Below are positions 9,879 through 18,219 of a stretch of 36,714 bases of DNA, piece after piece. Under the pieces are notes generated by a model. That model was not told the DNA's origin and did not search any database. It saw only the letters and a program-made list of their open reading frames with translations. The DNA is from Candidatus Micrarchaeia archaeon (GTDB lineage Archaea; Micrarchaeota; Micrarchaeia; Burarchaeales; JACRGF01). Position numbers and translations under genes: made by a program. The first letter of the stretch is position 1; the number at the start of each line of letters is the position of its first letter. Location of the stretch: contig JAWCPB010000007.1 in the NCBI GenBank assembly GCA_038870455.1, positions 1 through 36,714 of the forward strand. Direction: 5' to 3'.

Positions 9879-10789
9879 CGCCCTGCCTTCTTCCCAGCCT
9901 TTTTTTCAAGCACAGAAATCTTTTTCTCCAGTTTTGTCACAGCTCCCTTTCCCTTTCTCTCCTCCATCGCGATGCGCCCGATTTCATCCTGCAGTGCTTT
10001 CAGCTCCTTGCGCAGGCCCTCTGCCATGGAAGCCTCTTTCACGGCACCAATCTTTTCCTCCAGCCTCCTCATCCTCTCCCAGATATCCTCCTTCAGGGCT
10101 TCGCCCACAAACAGCTTTCCCGCCCTCATCGAAAAGGCCACCCACTCGTTCGTGGCGCTGTCCAGGAATCCCCTCACGCGCAGCCTGCCCTCACCGACCT
10201 CGATGACCCCGTCCATGAGGTGCTCTATCATCAGCGCGTCCTTTTCGGCGATCATGCCGAGGTCTAGCGAGTACAGCACGGTCGTGCCCATGGCTTTGAG
10301 CTTGTTCTTCACGAACTGCAGGAAGCGGTAGAGCGTGGGCGCGTCGTTCTTCTGGAGCAGGGTGGAGAGCGAGCTGAACACGATTCTCGGCGCGCCCTTT
10401 CCGGCCAGCGCCTCGCTCGCCCTCGTGATCGCTATACTGAGCGCGTTCAGCGCCTCGGGGTTGTCTGGCCTCACGACCTGCGGCGGGAGCTCTTTGGCGG
10501 CAAAAGCAGCCGGCGAGGCATCCACGCACGCGACCAGGCCCCTCTCCTCAAATGGCTCGAGCCGCCATCCGCTCCAGCCCATCATCATCTTCCAGTCCTG
10601 GTAAGAGTGGTCGGTGAGAACGAGCAGGGCGGGCTCCCTGCCTTCGAGCCCCCTGTGGATAAAGCTCATGAGCAGAGGCCGCTTGCCGGAAAGCGGGTGG
10701 CCGTAGACGAGCACGCTCGCGCCGGAAGGAATCCCCCCTCCCAGCAGCCTGTCGAGCCCATCCACTCCCGTGCCGAGCTTGCCCGCCAT
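9875..10789 (-). CDS. KaiC/RecA-superfamily ATPase-like protein with degenerate catalytic motifs and a C-terminal coiled coil
   Basis: TGVDGLDRLLGGGIP and IEHLMDGVIE. Walker A GHPLSGKR and Walker B IVFSSLS both deviate from consensus. Start at ATG 10789 with TTTTAAGG about 25 nt upstream. Confidence 0.85.
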   Translation of the reverse strand: MAGKLGTGVDGLDRLLGGGIPSGASVLVYGHPLSGKRPLLMSFIHRGLEGREPALLVLTDHSYQDWKMMMGWSGWRLEPFEERGLVACVDASPAAFAAKELPPQVVRPDNPEALNALSIAITRASEALAGKGAPRIVFSSLSTLLQKNDAPTLYRFLQFVKNKLKAMGTTVLYSLDLGMIAEKDALMIEHLMDGVIEVGEGRLRVRGFLDSATNEWVAFSMRAGKLFVGEALKEDIWERMRRLEEKIGAVKEASMAEGLRKELKALQDEIGRIAMEERKGKGAVTKLEKKISVLEKKAGKKAGR

Positions 10790-10823
10790 GCAGGAAGTTC
10801 TCCTCAAGGCCTTAAAAGACTTT

Positions 10824-11270
10824 TCAGCTGCACTTTCCAATGAGGGGCTTTTCGCCAATCTGCTTGTTGCCGCTTATCGACCTAGAGTTGTAGATGATTG
10901 TCACATTGTACTCGAATGCCGTGCCTGGCGAGCCGCACGAGGTCGCCAGCGTGCCTGTGACGAGCTTCTCCTCGCCTCCCCTGAAGTCCGTGTCGCTGAC
11001 ATTGAGGGAGCCCCCATCGAGCTCAACGTCCGTAACCGTGAGCTTTGCGTCCTCGTTGTTTCTCAGCGCGAGCGACACGCTCGTGCCGTTTATCTTGTAC
11101 TCGATGATGCCGAACGGGTTGGCTCCCTTCCAGTAAGCCTTGCTCTGCGTCTCCCTCGCCCCACCGGCCAAGCCCGGGAACCAGCCGAGCAGTCCGATGA
11201 CGACGAGCGCTATGATGAGCGCGACAGCCAGCAGCACAAGGTATTCGGTCGAACCCTGTCCTCTCCTCAT
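10824..11270 (-). CDS. Type IV pilin with class III signal peptide (candidate major pilin)
   Basis: MRRG^QGSTEYLVLLAVALIIALVVIGLLG (Q+1, E+5, hydrophobic helix); Cys pair; NxS/T sequons; own TATA box and SD sequence. Confidence 0.88.
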   Translation of the reverse strand: MRRGQGSTEYLVLLAVALIIALVVIGLLGWFPGLAGGARETQSKAYWKGANPFGIIEYKINGTSVSLALRNNEDAKLTVTDVELDGGSLNVSDTDFRGGEEKLVTGTLATSCGSPGTAFEYNVTIIYNSRSISGNKQIGEKPLIGKCS

Positions 11271-11273
11271 CCA

Positions 11274-11312
11274 ATCACCTTGCGTATGTTATTCCTGATT
11301 ATTTTTAAAGCC
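11274..11312 (-). promoter_or_regulatory. Promoter (TATA box) and Shine-Dalgarno sequence of the stand-alone pilin
   Basis: Minus-strand TTTAAAAA at 11309-11302 preceded by an A-rich BRE-like GAAAGGC. AGGTGA at 11280-11275 lies 4 nt before the ATG. Confidence 0.6.
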
Positions 11313-11326
11313 TTTCGCCCCGCTCG

Positions 11327-12106
11327 TCAGGCGCCCTTCCATAGCCTGGCGAGCTTCTCCCTGCTGCGCTTCATCAAGTCCCTGTCGGGCGAGTGGTCCT
11401 CTACAGTTATTGTGCCGTCATAGAATTCCTTGAGCCTGGCGAGCACGGCCTCCCAAGGAATCCTGCCAGCGCCGATGGGGAGGTGGTCATCGGTCTTTCC
11501 CTTGTTGTCGTGCGCATGCACGTGCGCGATCTCCTTCCTAAACTCCCTCATCACCCGGAATATTCCCTCGCTGTTCGGCGCGATGAGGTTGGCGTGGCCT
11601 ATATCGAACGTCATCCTCACTTTCGGAAACTCTTTGAACAGCTCGCGGAACTTCTCAAGGGGAAAGGAAGCCTCCTCGAACCCCTCCACGCACAGCACAA
11701 GGCCGTTCCCCTCGCACGCCGCGGCGATCTCCCCGACGCTCTCGAAATAGTTCCCGGCGAGCGCGGCCTTTTCCTTGTAAACGAAGTGGAAGGGCTCGAT
11801 GTGAATGGTGAAAAGCCGCGCCCCGAAGCCGGCCGCCGCCTCGGCCGCCTTCAGCGTCTCCCGCACGAACGCCTTTCTTATCGATGGATACGGGTGGGCG
11901 AGCGAGAAGTACCACGAGGAGTGCGCGAGTATTTTCCTGAAGCCGGCGAGCTCCTCGGCCAGCCTCTTCCCCTCTGCCGCGAGCTTCTCGGGCGTCGCGT
12001 TCGGGTGTTCGACTGCCAGCTCGAAAGCCTCGAAGCCGGCCTGCCTCGCGAGCCAGGCCTCGTCAAGCACGTTCTTCCACGGGTCGTTCATGAAGGCGAG
12101 CAGCAT
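11327..12106 (-). CDS. Sugar phosphate isomerase/epimerase family TIM-barrel metalloprotein (AP_endonuc_2)
   Basis: LCVE, TFDIGH, HVHAHDN, DDHLPIGAGRI, ITVE metal-ligand pattern. Confidence 0.85.
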   Translation of the reverse strand: MLLAFMNDPWKNVLDEAWLARQAGFEAFELAVEHPNATPEKLAAEGKRLAEELAGFRKILAHSSWYFSLAHPYPSIRKAFVRETLKAAEAAAGFGARLFTIHIEPFHFVYKEKAALAGNYFESVGEIAAACEGNGLVLCVEGFEEASFPLEKFRELFKEFPKVRMTFDIGHANLIAPNSEGIFRVMREFRKEIAHVHAHDNKGKTDDHLPIGAGRIPWEAVLARLKEFYDGTITVEDHSPDRDLMKRSREKLARLWKGA

Positions 12107-12150
12107 GCGGTTTTAATAGGAGGCAAAAATTTTATTATGGGGTGGTCGGC

Positions 12151-12447
12151 GTGATAGTCGCAGAAGCGAGCATCGTGCCGCTGGGCTCCGGCACGAGCGT
12201 GAGTTCCTTCGTGGCCGCGTTCGTGAAAAGCCTGCGGCGGCAGGGCATTAGGACGCGGCCTCACGCCATGGGCACTAACCTCGAGTGCGCGAGCCTGGGG
12301 CGGCTGTTCCGCGCTGTCGAGCGCGCGAGGGAAGAGGTTTTCAGTGCTGGCGCGCGCCGCGTGCTGCTCACGCTCCACATCGACGAGAGGAGGGATAAGC
12401 GCGCGAGCATCGCACAGAAGCTCCGCTCGCTGAAGCAAAAAATCTGA
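12151..12447 (+). CDS. MTH1187/YkoF-like thiamine-binding family protein
   Basis: AEASIVPLGSGTSVSSFVA, HAMGTNLE, RVLLTLHIDERRDK. GTG start (12151, or alternatively 12142). Confidence 0.85.
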   Translation: MIVAEASIVPLGSGTSVSSFVAAFVKSLRRQGIRTRPHAMGTNLECASLGRLFRAVERAREEVFSAGARRVLLTLHIDERRDKRASIAQKLRSLKQKI

Positions 12448-12448
12448 G

Positions 12449-12589
12449 CGCCCCCGCCGAGAGGTTCAGCCGCGCTGGAACCGGTTGCCAGTGCGTGCGT
12501 TTGAACTCGGGTTGCAAGCTCCGCAGGCTTGCGCGACGGGCCGCGTCAGACCTCGCCTTCGCGTCCTGTCCAGGCTAGACTACGGGGGC
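12449..12589 (-). tRNA. tRNA-Arg: tRNA-Arg(GCG) with two non-canonical introns (30 nt at 29/30: 12558-12529; 37 nt at 59/60: 12499-12463)
   Basis: After removing the introns the 74-nt cloverleaf is GCCCCCG UA GUCU AGCCUGGACA GGAC G CGAGC CU-GCG-GA GCUUG CAAC CCGAG UUCAAAU CUCGG CGGGGGC G. A20 (Arg identity element) is present. Both junctions fold as bulge-helix-bulge. CCA is not encoded. Confidence 0.92.
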
Positions 12590-12626
12590 TTATTTATATT
12601 TTTCCCGCCCAAAATTAAAGAAGGTG
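12590..12626. promoter_or_regulatory. Overlapping divergent TATA-like boxes for the tRNA and the Zn-ribbon gene
   Basis: AT-rich island. Plus strand has TTTATAT (12593-12599) and SD-like AAGGTG (12621-12626). Minus strand has TTTAATTT (12619-12612), about 25 nt upstream of tRNA +1. Confidence 0.5.
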
Positions 12627-12631
12627 TTGTA

Positions 12632-12787
12632 TTGCTGAAAAACTGCTATTCGTGCGGGCGGCAGACCAAGGAGTACGCCAAGTTCCCGTGCCCGGCGTGC
12701 GGCGAGGAGGGCATCGTCCGCTGCCTTCACTGCCGCGAGACGATAAACCCCTACAGGTGCAGGAAGTGCGGGCGGGAAGGGCCGTGA
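12632..12787 (+). CDS. Double Zn-ribbon protein, DUF1610/COG2888 family (probable archaeal ribosomal protein aS21 homologue)
   Basis: 51 aa from a TTG start: CYSCG..AKFPCPACGE..IVRCLHCR...YRCRKCGREGP, matching the four-CxxC family pattern that ends in EGP. Confidence 0.85.
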   Translation: MLKNCYSCGRQTKEYAKFPCPACGEEGIVRCLHCRETINPYRCRKCGREGP

Positions 12788-12788
12788 C

Positions 12789-13346
12789 ATGGCAACGGCG
12801 GGCTTTCACTTTCTCTTCACGCTCATAGCCCTTTACGCCGCCCGGCTTCACGTCCGGCACCATCACCTCGCACCTCTCCTCTTCGCCTTCCTCGCGTTCT
12901 TCCCTGATGTCGATTACTTTATCGGAATCCACAGGGCAACGCTTCACAACATCTTCATAACCCTTCTTCTTCCGGCAGCCCTCCTCATCCTCGCCCTCAC
13001 CTTCCAAAAGAGGAGCATCATCCTGCAGGAATCGCTTTTCCTCGCCACTCTCGTGCTTTTCTCCCACCCCGTGTTCGACCTTTTCTACGGCCCTGTCGAG
13101 CTGCTATACCCCATGTTGCGGACCGAGTTCAGCCTCGCGGGCGTGCAGCTCACCGCACAGCTGGGCGGGGCGGAGCGCGTGCTGGTGAGCGCGCCCGACT
13201 TCGGCATGCTCGCTTATGCAATAATCCTTATTCCAGCGTTTTTTCTCGAAGAAATTCTCGAGCTGCGCGGGCTCGGAGGCGTCCCGACAAGAAACTCCCT
13301 GCGCACCATTAGAAGGCAGGTTGAGGCATGGCTGAGCGAACTCTAG
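12789..13346 (+). CDS. Membrane-bound metal-dependent hydrolase (YdjM/DUF457-like)
   Basis: N-terminal His, FPDVD..HRATLHN and SHPVFD motifs among several transmembrane segments. Confidence 0.75.
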   Translation: MATAGFHFLFTLIALYAARLHVRHHHLAPLLFAFLAFFPDVDYFIGIHRATLHNIFITLLLPAALLILALTFQKRSIILQESLFLATLVLFSHPVFDLFYGPVELLYPMLRTEFSLAGVQLTAQLGGAERVLVSAPDFGMLAYAIILIPAFFLEEILELRGLGGVPTRNSLRTIRRQVEAWLSEL

Positions 13347-14347
13347 TCCAGCCTAATTCTCTTTCCCTTCTTCACCAAAATTATTTCCCTGCCTCTCGCA
13401 ACGCTGCCGATGACCGAAGCGCGCACGCCGGATTTCTTGCAGGCGCGGACCGCCTCCTCGGCCTCGTTTTTCGGCACGACAGCAACCATGCCCACTCCCA
13501 TGTTGAACGTGCGGTGCATCTCCCTGTCGTCCGCGCCGCTCGCTGACCTGATGGCCTCGAAGAGCTGCGGGGGCTCTGGCATGCCGTCCAGCACGAAACC
13601 AACCCCAGCCTGTCTTCCTATTCTCGCGAGCTTGCTGAAAGCCCCTCCGGTGATGTGCGCGAGGCCCCTCACGCTGCATTCAGCGAGAAGGCGCGCCACT
13701 GGCCTGGCATAGATGCGCGTGGGCCTGAGCAGCTCCCTCCCCCACTCCTCCAGGTCCAGCACCCTGCGCGCGAGCGTGAGGCCGTTGCTGTGTATGCCCG
13801 CCGAGGCCAGGCCTATGAGCGCATCGCCCGGCCGCATGGCGGCGCCTGTTATCACCTCATCCGCCACTCCGACAGCTGTCGCGGCGAGGTCGAAGCCCGT
13901 CCGCCCCGGCAGCCCGCGTATCACGTCGCCCATGACCGCGGTCTCGCCTCCTACGATTGCGGTGCCCGCCTCGCGCGCGCCCTTCACGAGGCCCCGCATC
14001 AGCTGCTTGACCAGCCCAAAGTCCTCCCGCTGCAGCGCGATGTAATCGACGAGCGCAAGGGGCCGCGCGCCCACGCAGGCGATGTCATTCACGTTCATGG
14101 CGACCGCGTCAATGCCGATGGTGTCGTACCTTCCGACATGCTGGGCCACGAGCACCTTCGTGCCCACCCCGTCGGTGTGCAGCGCGAGCGTCCTGCCCCC
14201 GCACCTGAACAGGCCCGCGTAGTGCCCTAGCAGCGGGTGCGACGCGCTCGTTCTCGTGCGCCTGATGAGCCAGTTTATGTAGCGCTGCATGCGCCGCACT
14301 GCCGCGACGTCAACACCAGCCTCAGCGTATGTGCGCATGGAAATCAT
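13343..14347 (-). CDS. purM: Phosphoribosylformylglycinamidine cyclo-ligase (AIR synthase)
   Basis: TYAEAGVD, TDGVGTK, AMNVND, GGETA, GIHSNGLTLAR, PTRIY, AHITGG, TFNMGVG. Start is ATG 14347 (ATGA overlap with the pilin stop) or 14338. Confidence 0.96.
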   Translation of the reverse strand: MISMRTYAEAGVDVAAVRRMQRYINWLIRRTRTSASHPLLGHYAGLFRCGGRTLALHTDGVGTKVLVAQHVGRYDTIGIDAVAMNVNDIACVGARPLALVDYIALQREDFGLVKQLMRGLVKGAREAGTAIVGGETAVMGDVIRGLPGRTGFDLAATAVGVADEVITGAAMRPGDALIGLASAGIHSNGLTLARRVLDLEEWGRELLRPTRIYARPVARLLAECSVRGLAHITGGAFSKLARIGRQAGVGFVLDGMPEPPQLFEAIRSASGADDREMHRTFNMGVGMVAVVPKNEAEEAVRACKKSGVRASVIGSVARGREIILVKKGKRIRLD

Positions 14348-14802
14348 GCGGGGTCTATGCGTCCCTGCAGTATGCCCGCGTCAACGTGGCCGGCCGCCCC
14401 TCCCTGCAGGTCGAAGCGGATTTCGAGCTTGACGTTGGTGAAGGTGTCGCCCACGCTTCCCGTCATCACGCTCTGCCCGGTGATGTTCAGCTGCCCCCCA
14501 GGGTCGACCGACTGCGGGAGGGCGGGCGAGAGGCCGGTGAGGTTGGCTCCCTTCACCGCAATGCTCGTGATGGTGACGCGCGCGCCGGCGTTGTTTATGA
14601 GGTAGAGCGTGATGTTTCCGTTGGGCACGACCTTGAAGTCGTACAGCGCGAAGGTGCCGAGCCCGAAAGCCTGGTTCCTGCCCGTGACGAAGGAGCCAGG
14701 GTTGAAGAAGCCGAGGTTGAACATGAGCACGAGCAGCACGCCCAGTATGAGGATGGCCCAGCCGTAGGTGATGAGGTACTCCATGGCCGTCTGCGCGCGC
14801 AT
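14344..14802 (-). CDS. Type IV pilin with class III signal peptide (locus A, terminal gene)
   Basis: MRA^QTAMEYLITYGWAILILGVLLVLMFNLGFF: Q+1, E+5 and the TYGWA motif of a common archaeal pilin family. Confidence 0.88.
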   Translation of the reverse strand: MRAQTAMEYLITYGWAILILGVLLVLMFNLGFFNPGSFVTGRNQAFGLGTFALYDFKVVPNGNITLYLINNAGARVTITSIAVKGANLTGLSPALPQSVDPGGQLNITGQSVMTGSVGDTFTNVKLEIRFDLQGGAAGHVDAGILQGRIDPA

Positions 14803-14805
14803 CGC

Positions 14806-15831
14806 TCACCTAATGGCTATGAATGATTTAAACACTTCCGTGAGCGTGTAGTGTGCGATGAAGAACAGCAGGAGGGCAGTGATCATGAACGGCAGGACGT
14901 ACTTCACGCCGTAGCTCACCTTGCCGTGGCGGATGAGCCCCAGCGTGAGCGCGCTGAAAAAAGTCGTCACGAGTATGCTCGTTATGGCGAAGGTCGTCAT
15001 CTCGGCCGCAGTTATCCTGTCCTCGGGCCGCGTGAGCGCGAATGTCGGAAGAAAGCCCACGCCGGCGGCGCCGGCGGGCAGCGCGCTGGGGCCAGCGAAC
15101 TCTGCACTCTGCGTCACGAGCTCGTTTATCTCAGTGTAGTAGATGCTCGTGGAAAACAGGATGGGCGAGGCGAGCACGGTGCTGAACACTATGAAAATCG
15201 TGTACATGAGCGTGGCGTTCTGAATCTCGTGGCGGAGGTTCGCCATCTCACGGATGTCGCGCGCTATCTCGTGCAGCAGCTGGGCCATCTGCCCTCCCAG
15301 CGCGCTTCCCTCTATGAGCAGGTTTATGGCGCGCTTGAGCGCTCTGCTCCTCACCCTCTCGGCCATCTCCCTGAAGGCAGTCGCCATGCTCATCCCGCCA
15401 TAAACTTTTGTCGATACGCGGCGGATCTCTTCCTCGAGCGGGCCGAACTCCGGCCGCGCGCTCGCCAGCACCGCGTTCTCTATCGTCATGCCCGCCCTCA
15501 TGTTGGCGCTTATCATCTGCAGCGCGTCCGGAAGCGCCTCCTCTATCTTCCTCGCGCGGTTGTCCGCGATGATTGTGAGAAGGAGGAAGAACAGCGTCTC
15601 GCTGACCGCGAACGAGACGATTCCCACGAGCAGGCTCTCGAGGAACTCCGCGAACGTCAGCGCTACGGCGAACGCGATGAGCGCCAGCGAGTAGCTCACC
15701 CACAGTGACAGCCCGACGTACTTCCTCGCGGGAATGTCGAAGTCCGCCTCCTGCAGCAGCCTGCCCACGTCGTCGATCACCCTCTGCGGGATGACCGCGC
15801 TCGTTATGACGAAAAGGCGGTCTAGCACCAT
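14806..15831 (-). CDS. TadC/PilC-like (T2SSF domain) pilus platform membrane protein, locus A
   Basis: RARKIEEALPDALQMISANMRAGMTIENA..PEFGPLEEE; GG-x-MA-x-LL; multiple TM helices. Confidence 0.9.
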   Translation of the reverse strand: MVLDRLFVITSAVIPQRVIDDVGRLLQEADFDIPARKYVGLSLWVSYSLALIAFAVALTFAEFLESLLVGIVSFAVSETLFFLLLTIIADNRARKIEEALPDALQMISANMRAGMTIENAVLASARPEFGPLEEEIRRVSTKVYGGMSMATAFREMAERVRSRALKRAINLLIEGSALGGQMAQLLHEIARDIREMANLRHEIQNATLMYTIFIVFSTVLASPILFSTSIYYTEINELVTQSAEFAGPSALPAGAAGVGFLPTFALTRPEDRITAAEMTTFAITSILVTTFFSALTLGLIRHGKVSYGVKYVLPFMITALLLFFIAHYTLTEVFKSFIAIR

Positions 15832-15832
15832 G

Positions 15833-16705
15833 TCAATCCACGCTCGGCCTCCTCGAGGAGACGAAGTTTATGAAGAAGAGCTGGAACAGGATGATGCCGG
15901 CGATGATGGCCGGGAAGATGAGCTTGGGGATGGCGATGTTGAGGAACGACAGGATGATGACCGAAACGCTCACGCCGAGGGACGGCAGTATGCCCGTGCC
16001 CATCATGTACACCATCGTCCAGGGGTTCAGCTCCTGGCCGTACCTCTTAATGTCATCGACGCGCTCCTTGGTCAAGTCCTCGATGGTCGCCTCGAGCTCC
16101 ACCACGACATCCGAGCCGCTCGTGATGGCGTTCGAAACCTGCCACAGCACCCTGCGGAAGCGCGGCGATGGGTTCCGCTTGCTCGCCTCGTTGAGCGCCA
16201 TCGTCTCGGCGATTCCCATGTTTATGTGCTCCACGATGCGCTTGAACTCTGCGCTCACCTCGCCGTAGCCTTCCGTGATGCTCATCATGGCCTGGAACAG
16301 CGTGACGCCGGACTTGAGCTCGATGAGAATCTGCCGCAGCGCAGGGATGAGGTTGTCGTCGAGCGCCCTCACCCTCCGCGTGGCGATGACTCTCGGATAG
16401 AAGAGTGTGGAGAAGAAAGAGGCGGCTCCGACCGCGAGCGCGGCCGCGGCAGCGAAGACATACACGTTGATTCCGGCGAGGTAGCCAAGCAGGGCTATGC
16501 CCGCGGCCAGCACGAGCACGTTAGTCAGCGCGACGACAACGGTGAGCGCGGCGTACTCCTTGGCCGTCAGGTCGTAGTTCGCCTGGATGAGCTCCACCTT
16601 GAGACCCGGCGAGAGCTTGGCTATGGGCGCTCCGAGCGCGAGCAGCCTCTTTGCGAGCGCCACCGCCACGCTCGGGGGAAGCAGGCTGAACGGGATGCGC
16701 GGCAT
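15833..16705 (-). CDS. TadB/TadC-like (T2SSF domain) pilus platform membrane protein, locus A
   Basis: MPRIPF start at 16705; LDDNLIPALRQILIELKSGVTLFQAM..YGEVSAEF; TM helices; directly follows the ATPase. Confidence 0.9.
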   Translation of the reverse strand: MPRIPFSLLPPSVAVALAKRLLALGAPIAKLSPGLKVELIQANYDLTAKEYAALTVVVALTNVLVLAAGIALLGYLAGINVYVFAAAAALAVGAASFFSTLFYPRVIATRRVRALDDNLIPALRQILIELKSGVTLFQAMMSITEGYGEVSAEFKRIVEHINMGIAETMALNEASKRNPSPRFRRVLWQVSNAITSGSDVVVELEATIEDLTKERVDDIKRYGQELNPWTMVYMMGTGILPSLGVSVSVIILSFLNIAIPKLIFPAIIAGIILFQLFFINFVSSRRPSVD

Positions 16706-16706
16706 G

Positions 16707-18218
16707 TCACGACCCCTCGCGCCTGAGCAGGACCTCGGGGCCCTTCTTCTTCTGCACGGCATCCACCACCGCGTCCCTGTTCCTGTAGTACGTCGCGGCG
16801 ATTCTGCCCACCTCGTCAATATCGTATATCCTGTTCTTCACCATGTAGGCGAGAATCTCCTCCTTCTCCCTCAGGTCCTCGTTGATCTCCTTCTCGTTCA
16901 TGCCCGTGTAGAGCTCGAGTTCTGTGAGCAGCCGCACGTAATTCCCCGCCCTCTCGACATCGTCTTTTTTCGCGTTCCACCTCCACACGCGGTTGAGCCT
17001 GACCTCCTTCTCACCCGGGAGCAGCTCGGCGACCTCAAGCGTCCTCCTTATGCCGGTCCGCCTCTGCCTGTACTGCACGAACACGAGGTGCACCGCGCCC
17101 AGCATGCTCTCGGGCAGGTTGATGGGCGGCGTGGTCATGCGGTTGATCATCTGCTCGGCGTTGTCCGCGTGAATTGTGGAATACACGGAGTGGCCCGTGT
17201 GCATGGCCTCGAAAAGCACCTCAGCCTCGTGCTGCCTCCTTATCTCGCCGACGACTATCCTGTCAGGCCTCATCCTCAGAGAATTCACCATGAGGTCGAG
17301 CATGGTCACCTCGCCCTTCCCCTCAGGGTTCGGCGAGCGCGTGACCATCGGAGTCCAGTGCAGGAAGGCCGGCAGGTAGAGCTCGCGCGTCTCCTCTATG
17401 CTGACGATGCGCTGGTTGGGCGGCACGAACACGAGCGCGGCGTTCAACAGGCTGGTCTTGCCGCTCGCCGTGCCCCCGGCGAATATGATGTTCATCTCGT
17501 ACTGCACGCAAAGCCACAGCAGCGCGGCCACCTCGTAGTTGATGGTCTTCATGGGATAGATGAGGTTGGCCGCCGTCCAAGGGGTCTTGGCGAACTTCCT
17601 TATCGTTATGGCATTGCCTTTTGTCGCGATGGGGAACAGCGTTGCGTTCGCCCTATCGCCTGTCGTTAGGTGCGCGTCGAGGATGGGGCTGAGGTTCGTC
17701 ACCTGCTTGCCCACCCTCCTGCCTATGATGCTCGCGTAGTTCTGAATCTGCTCCTCGCTCTTGAGGAAGAAGTTTGTCTTGAGCCAGCCGTGCCTCTTGT
17801 GATACACCCACAGCGGCTCGGCGGATGAATTCACCACAATCTCCTCGAGGTTCTCGTCCGCGAGCAGCAGCTCGATGTCGCCGAGGCCGATGAGGTCGTG
17901 CGTCAGCTTTCCCACCAGCACGCTCCTCGTCTCGTCAGTGATGTTCATGACCTCCCTCTCCACGAGCTCGTTCGCCTTCGCGAGGAATTTTTTCTTCATG
18001 CTCTCAGCCGCGCGGATGTCCAGCATCTCGCTCGCCTTGAGATTCACATCCTCGATTATCCTCTCCTTTATGTGCTCGAGCACCACCTCGGTTGGCTTCT
18101 GCAGCTTGACGGGCGCCACCTCGTACGTCGTGACGAGCTCGTCCTCCCTGTCGGCAATCGTTATCTCCACTGGAATTCCGTCTGCGTTCACCCTGTACTT
18201 CTCGATTATCCTGGGCAC
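16707..18218 (-). CDS. Type II/IV secretion (VirB11/TadA/PilB-like) pilus assembly ATPase, locus A
   Basis: Walker A GGTASGKT, Asp box SIEETREL, LRMRPDRIVVGEIR, His box MHTGH..STIHA. Confidence 0.95.
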   Translation of the reverse strand: MPRIIEKYRVNADGIPVEITIADREDELVTTYEVAPVKLQKPTEVVLEHIKERIIEDVNLKASEMLDIRAAESMKKKFLAKANELVEREVMNITDETRSVLVGKLTHDLIGLGDIELLLADENLEEIVVNSSAEPLWVYHKRHGWLKTNFFLKSEEQIQNYASIIGRRVGKQVTNLSPILDAHLTTGDRANATLFPIATKGNAITIRKFAKTPWTAANLIYPMKTINYEVAALLWLCVQYEMNIIFAGGTASGKTSLLNAALVFVPPNQRIVSIEETRELYLPAFLHWTPMVTRSPNPEGKGEVTMLDLMVNSLRMRPDRIVVGEIRRQHEAEVLFEAMHTGHSVYSTIHADNAEQMINRMTTPPINLPESMLGAVHLVFVQYRQRRTGIRRTLEVAELLPGEKEVRLNRVWRWNAKKDDVERAGNYVRLLTELELYTGMNEKEINEDLREKEEILAYMVKNRIYDIDEVGRIAATYYRNRDAVVDAVQKKKGPEVLLRREGS

Positions 18219-18219
18219 G

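Noticed and set aside
12485-12631. N-terminal half of the 100-aa ORF 12485-12787, and an initial impression of SRP RNA or another ncRNA here
   Set aside because: The region is the antisense of the intron-containing tRNA-Arg plus promoter, and the real CDS starts at TTG 12632. It is too short for archaeal SRP RNA and is fully explained by the cloverleaf plus BHB introns.
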